A stretch of DNA of 64,000 nt, taken from Callorhinchus milii. Lineage: Eukaryota. Shown one piece after another: positions 62,296 through 64,000 of this stretch; position 1 is the first letter of the stretch; each line of letters starts with the position of its first letter. Made by a program: the position numbers and the translations under genes. The notes beneath the pieces were generated by a model. The model did not search any database, was not told the DNA's origin, and saw only the letters and a program-made list of their open reading frames with translations. The stretch lies in assembly GCF_018977255.1 (NCBI RefSeq), contig NW_024704747.1, positions 21,266,001 through 21,330,000 of the forward strand. Reading direction: 5' to 3'.

Positions 62296-64000
62296 ATGTC
62301 ATTAAATGTTAATAGCTTTTTCTTTATATGAGAATATAAGATAATGACAACGAAATTACATTTGTATAACTTGTATATAAGATTATATTAAACAATTATA
62401 ATGTTTCTCATGTCCAGACAAGGTATTTAATATGATTGCCGCTTAATTTGAGCAAGATAAAAATCTTGTGCTTGTTTTTATTGCCTGGATTTACTTTTAA
62501 AATAATTGCATATCCTTTTTTAGAACAGTCTTGCTGCATGCCAATAGTATTTGAATTCTTTGTATTGAGTTCCAGCCAAAGTTCATTTTTCCAATCTATA
62601 TCTACAATAATATATTGTTTTGTAATGCAATATATAAAGCCTATAAGATATACAAGTGAATCATTGGGTCTTAGTGAGTCGACTGGGTAGCTGCTGTTGC
62701 ACTTATAAAGCTCAGTCCCCGGGGTATTATTTGATTTTAATCTGAAATTGAATTGTACAAACATGACTGAGCCTATTTCACAGTAGTTTCCAAACAAAAT
62801 ATAATTCAAGATTAGACTAGAATAATTGTAGACAAACTTTCGATTCTATTCTGTTGTATTTTCCTCACAGTGAAAGTTGGCGAATTACCAGCCCAGCTGA
62901 TCCTTCACTTGATCCAGCTTTGCTTTATATAACCAAACATCTGTTGTTTATTAATAGTTATCCAGGTAATAATTAAAGCATTTGAATACTGTTCAGTACA
63001 AACATCATTCTTTGTAACTCCCCCAATATATTATGTCACTATATTTGTTTCAAATTGGTGGAAATTACTACAGCATCATACATGTATAAATTAGAAGCCA
63101 GGACTGTACTTGTGGGGCAATTTAAAATTTCTCCTCCTTAATTTCTTGAATTGTCATACCCAGCTAAGATGTAGGTAAACATGGGAGCTTCTCAGAGACA
63201 GCAACAACAACAACTTGCACTTATATGGCACCCTTCGCGTGGGGTGCGTTTCGAGATATCCAGCAATGGTACTTTGTAACTGGCCACCACTAGCAGGTGC
63301 TCTGAAATTGGTCCTGGATGATTTCATCTCAATGGCTCCCTAGCTGTGAGAATCTGGTATTTTGTTCACCTTAGCTATCTCTTCTTTTTGATGCTCCAGG
63401 TGGGGTCAGCCTCTTGTGTGTATAAATCATGGACATGTAGCTGAGTGTTTTTAGTAAATGTGAAAGTGTTGGGTCGAATAGCAATTCTTTGCTGGCGGGA
63501 GGTGTTATTCCAAATGCTTTCCCAACCAATGGGTCTAAATATGCCTCCTTGTGGACCAACCAAGGACTGCGTCAAAGGAGATGTCAACTAGCTGGACCAG
63601 CCCCTTGAATGATGTGGATGTTTAAGATGAACATGAACAAGGGGAGAATGGATTGGGAGAGTGTTAGGATGTCAAAATGCTATTTAATCATGTATCATGA
63701 CTTATGTATTATGCTGATCCACTGCTGTATAACTATTGGTATGTCGCATGATTGATCACACATACATAGTGCACACTACATGTTGTATGAACAGCTGGGG
63801 AACTTGTAGCAGAATCCTGCGTCAAACACAGTGGGATCTAACTTGAGAGATTTCCAAATGGAATCCTAAAGAAGGAATCCCTGTTGGAATTCCCAATGTG
63901 TGGCAACTCCGCTCGGAAAGTAGATTGAATTGGCTGACAGAACTTTTGTGCAGCGGCTTAGATTCCTTATTAAGGAATCCCATTGAGAAATATGAGATTA

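Noticed and set aside
62408-62809. 133-aa minus ORF
   Set aside because: AT-rich, no recognisable family, non-ATG start and no supporting splice context.

Overview
Repeat-rich vertebrate genomic DNA. It is probably from a cartilaginous fish (chimaera/elephant-shark-like), inferred from the mix of tRNA-derived SINEs with (TTA)n tails, Deu-domain SINEs, and L2 and CR1 LINEs. One protein-coding gene is clearly recognisable: a complete 5-exon melanoregulin (MREG or MREG-like) gene on the minus strand (CDS 50799->40727, 603 nt, 200 aa), assembled by hand with GT-AG junctions and consistent phases. Nearly all ORFs in the supplied track are chance ORFs or repeat translations. The most unusual non-genic feature is an inverted duplication about 32 kb apart (about 2224-3850 vs 35760-36849). 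It has a ~490-bp core at about 96-97% identity, more diverged flanks, a conserved DR4 element, RUNX/E-box/GATA/ETS motifs and two adjacent hairpins. Other items are an orphan CpG-rich promoter-like region at about 26.2-26.5 kb, MITE-like inverted repeats, an unclassified dispersed repeat family and several isolated exon-like segments. I found no clear evidence of a new multi-gene system. Repeat boundaries are approximate and identities were estimated by eye.
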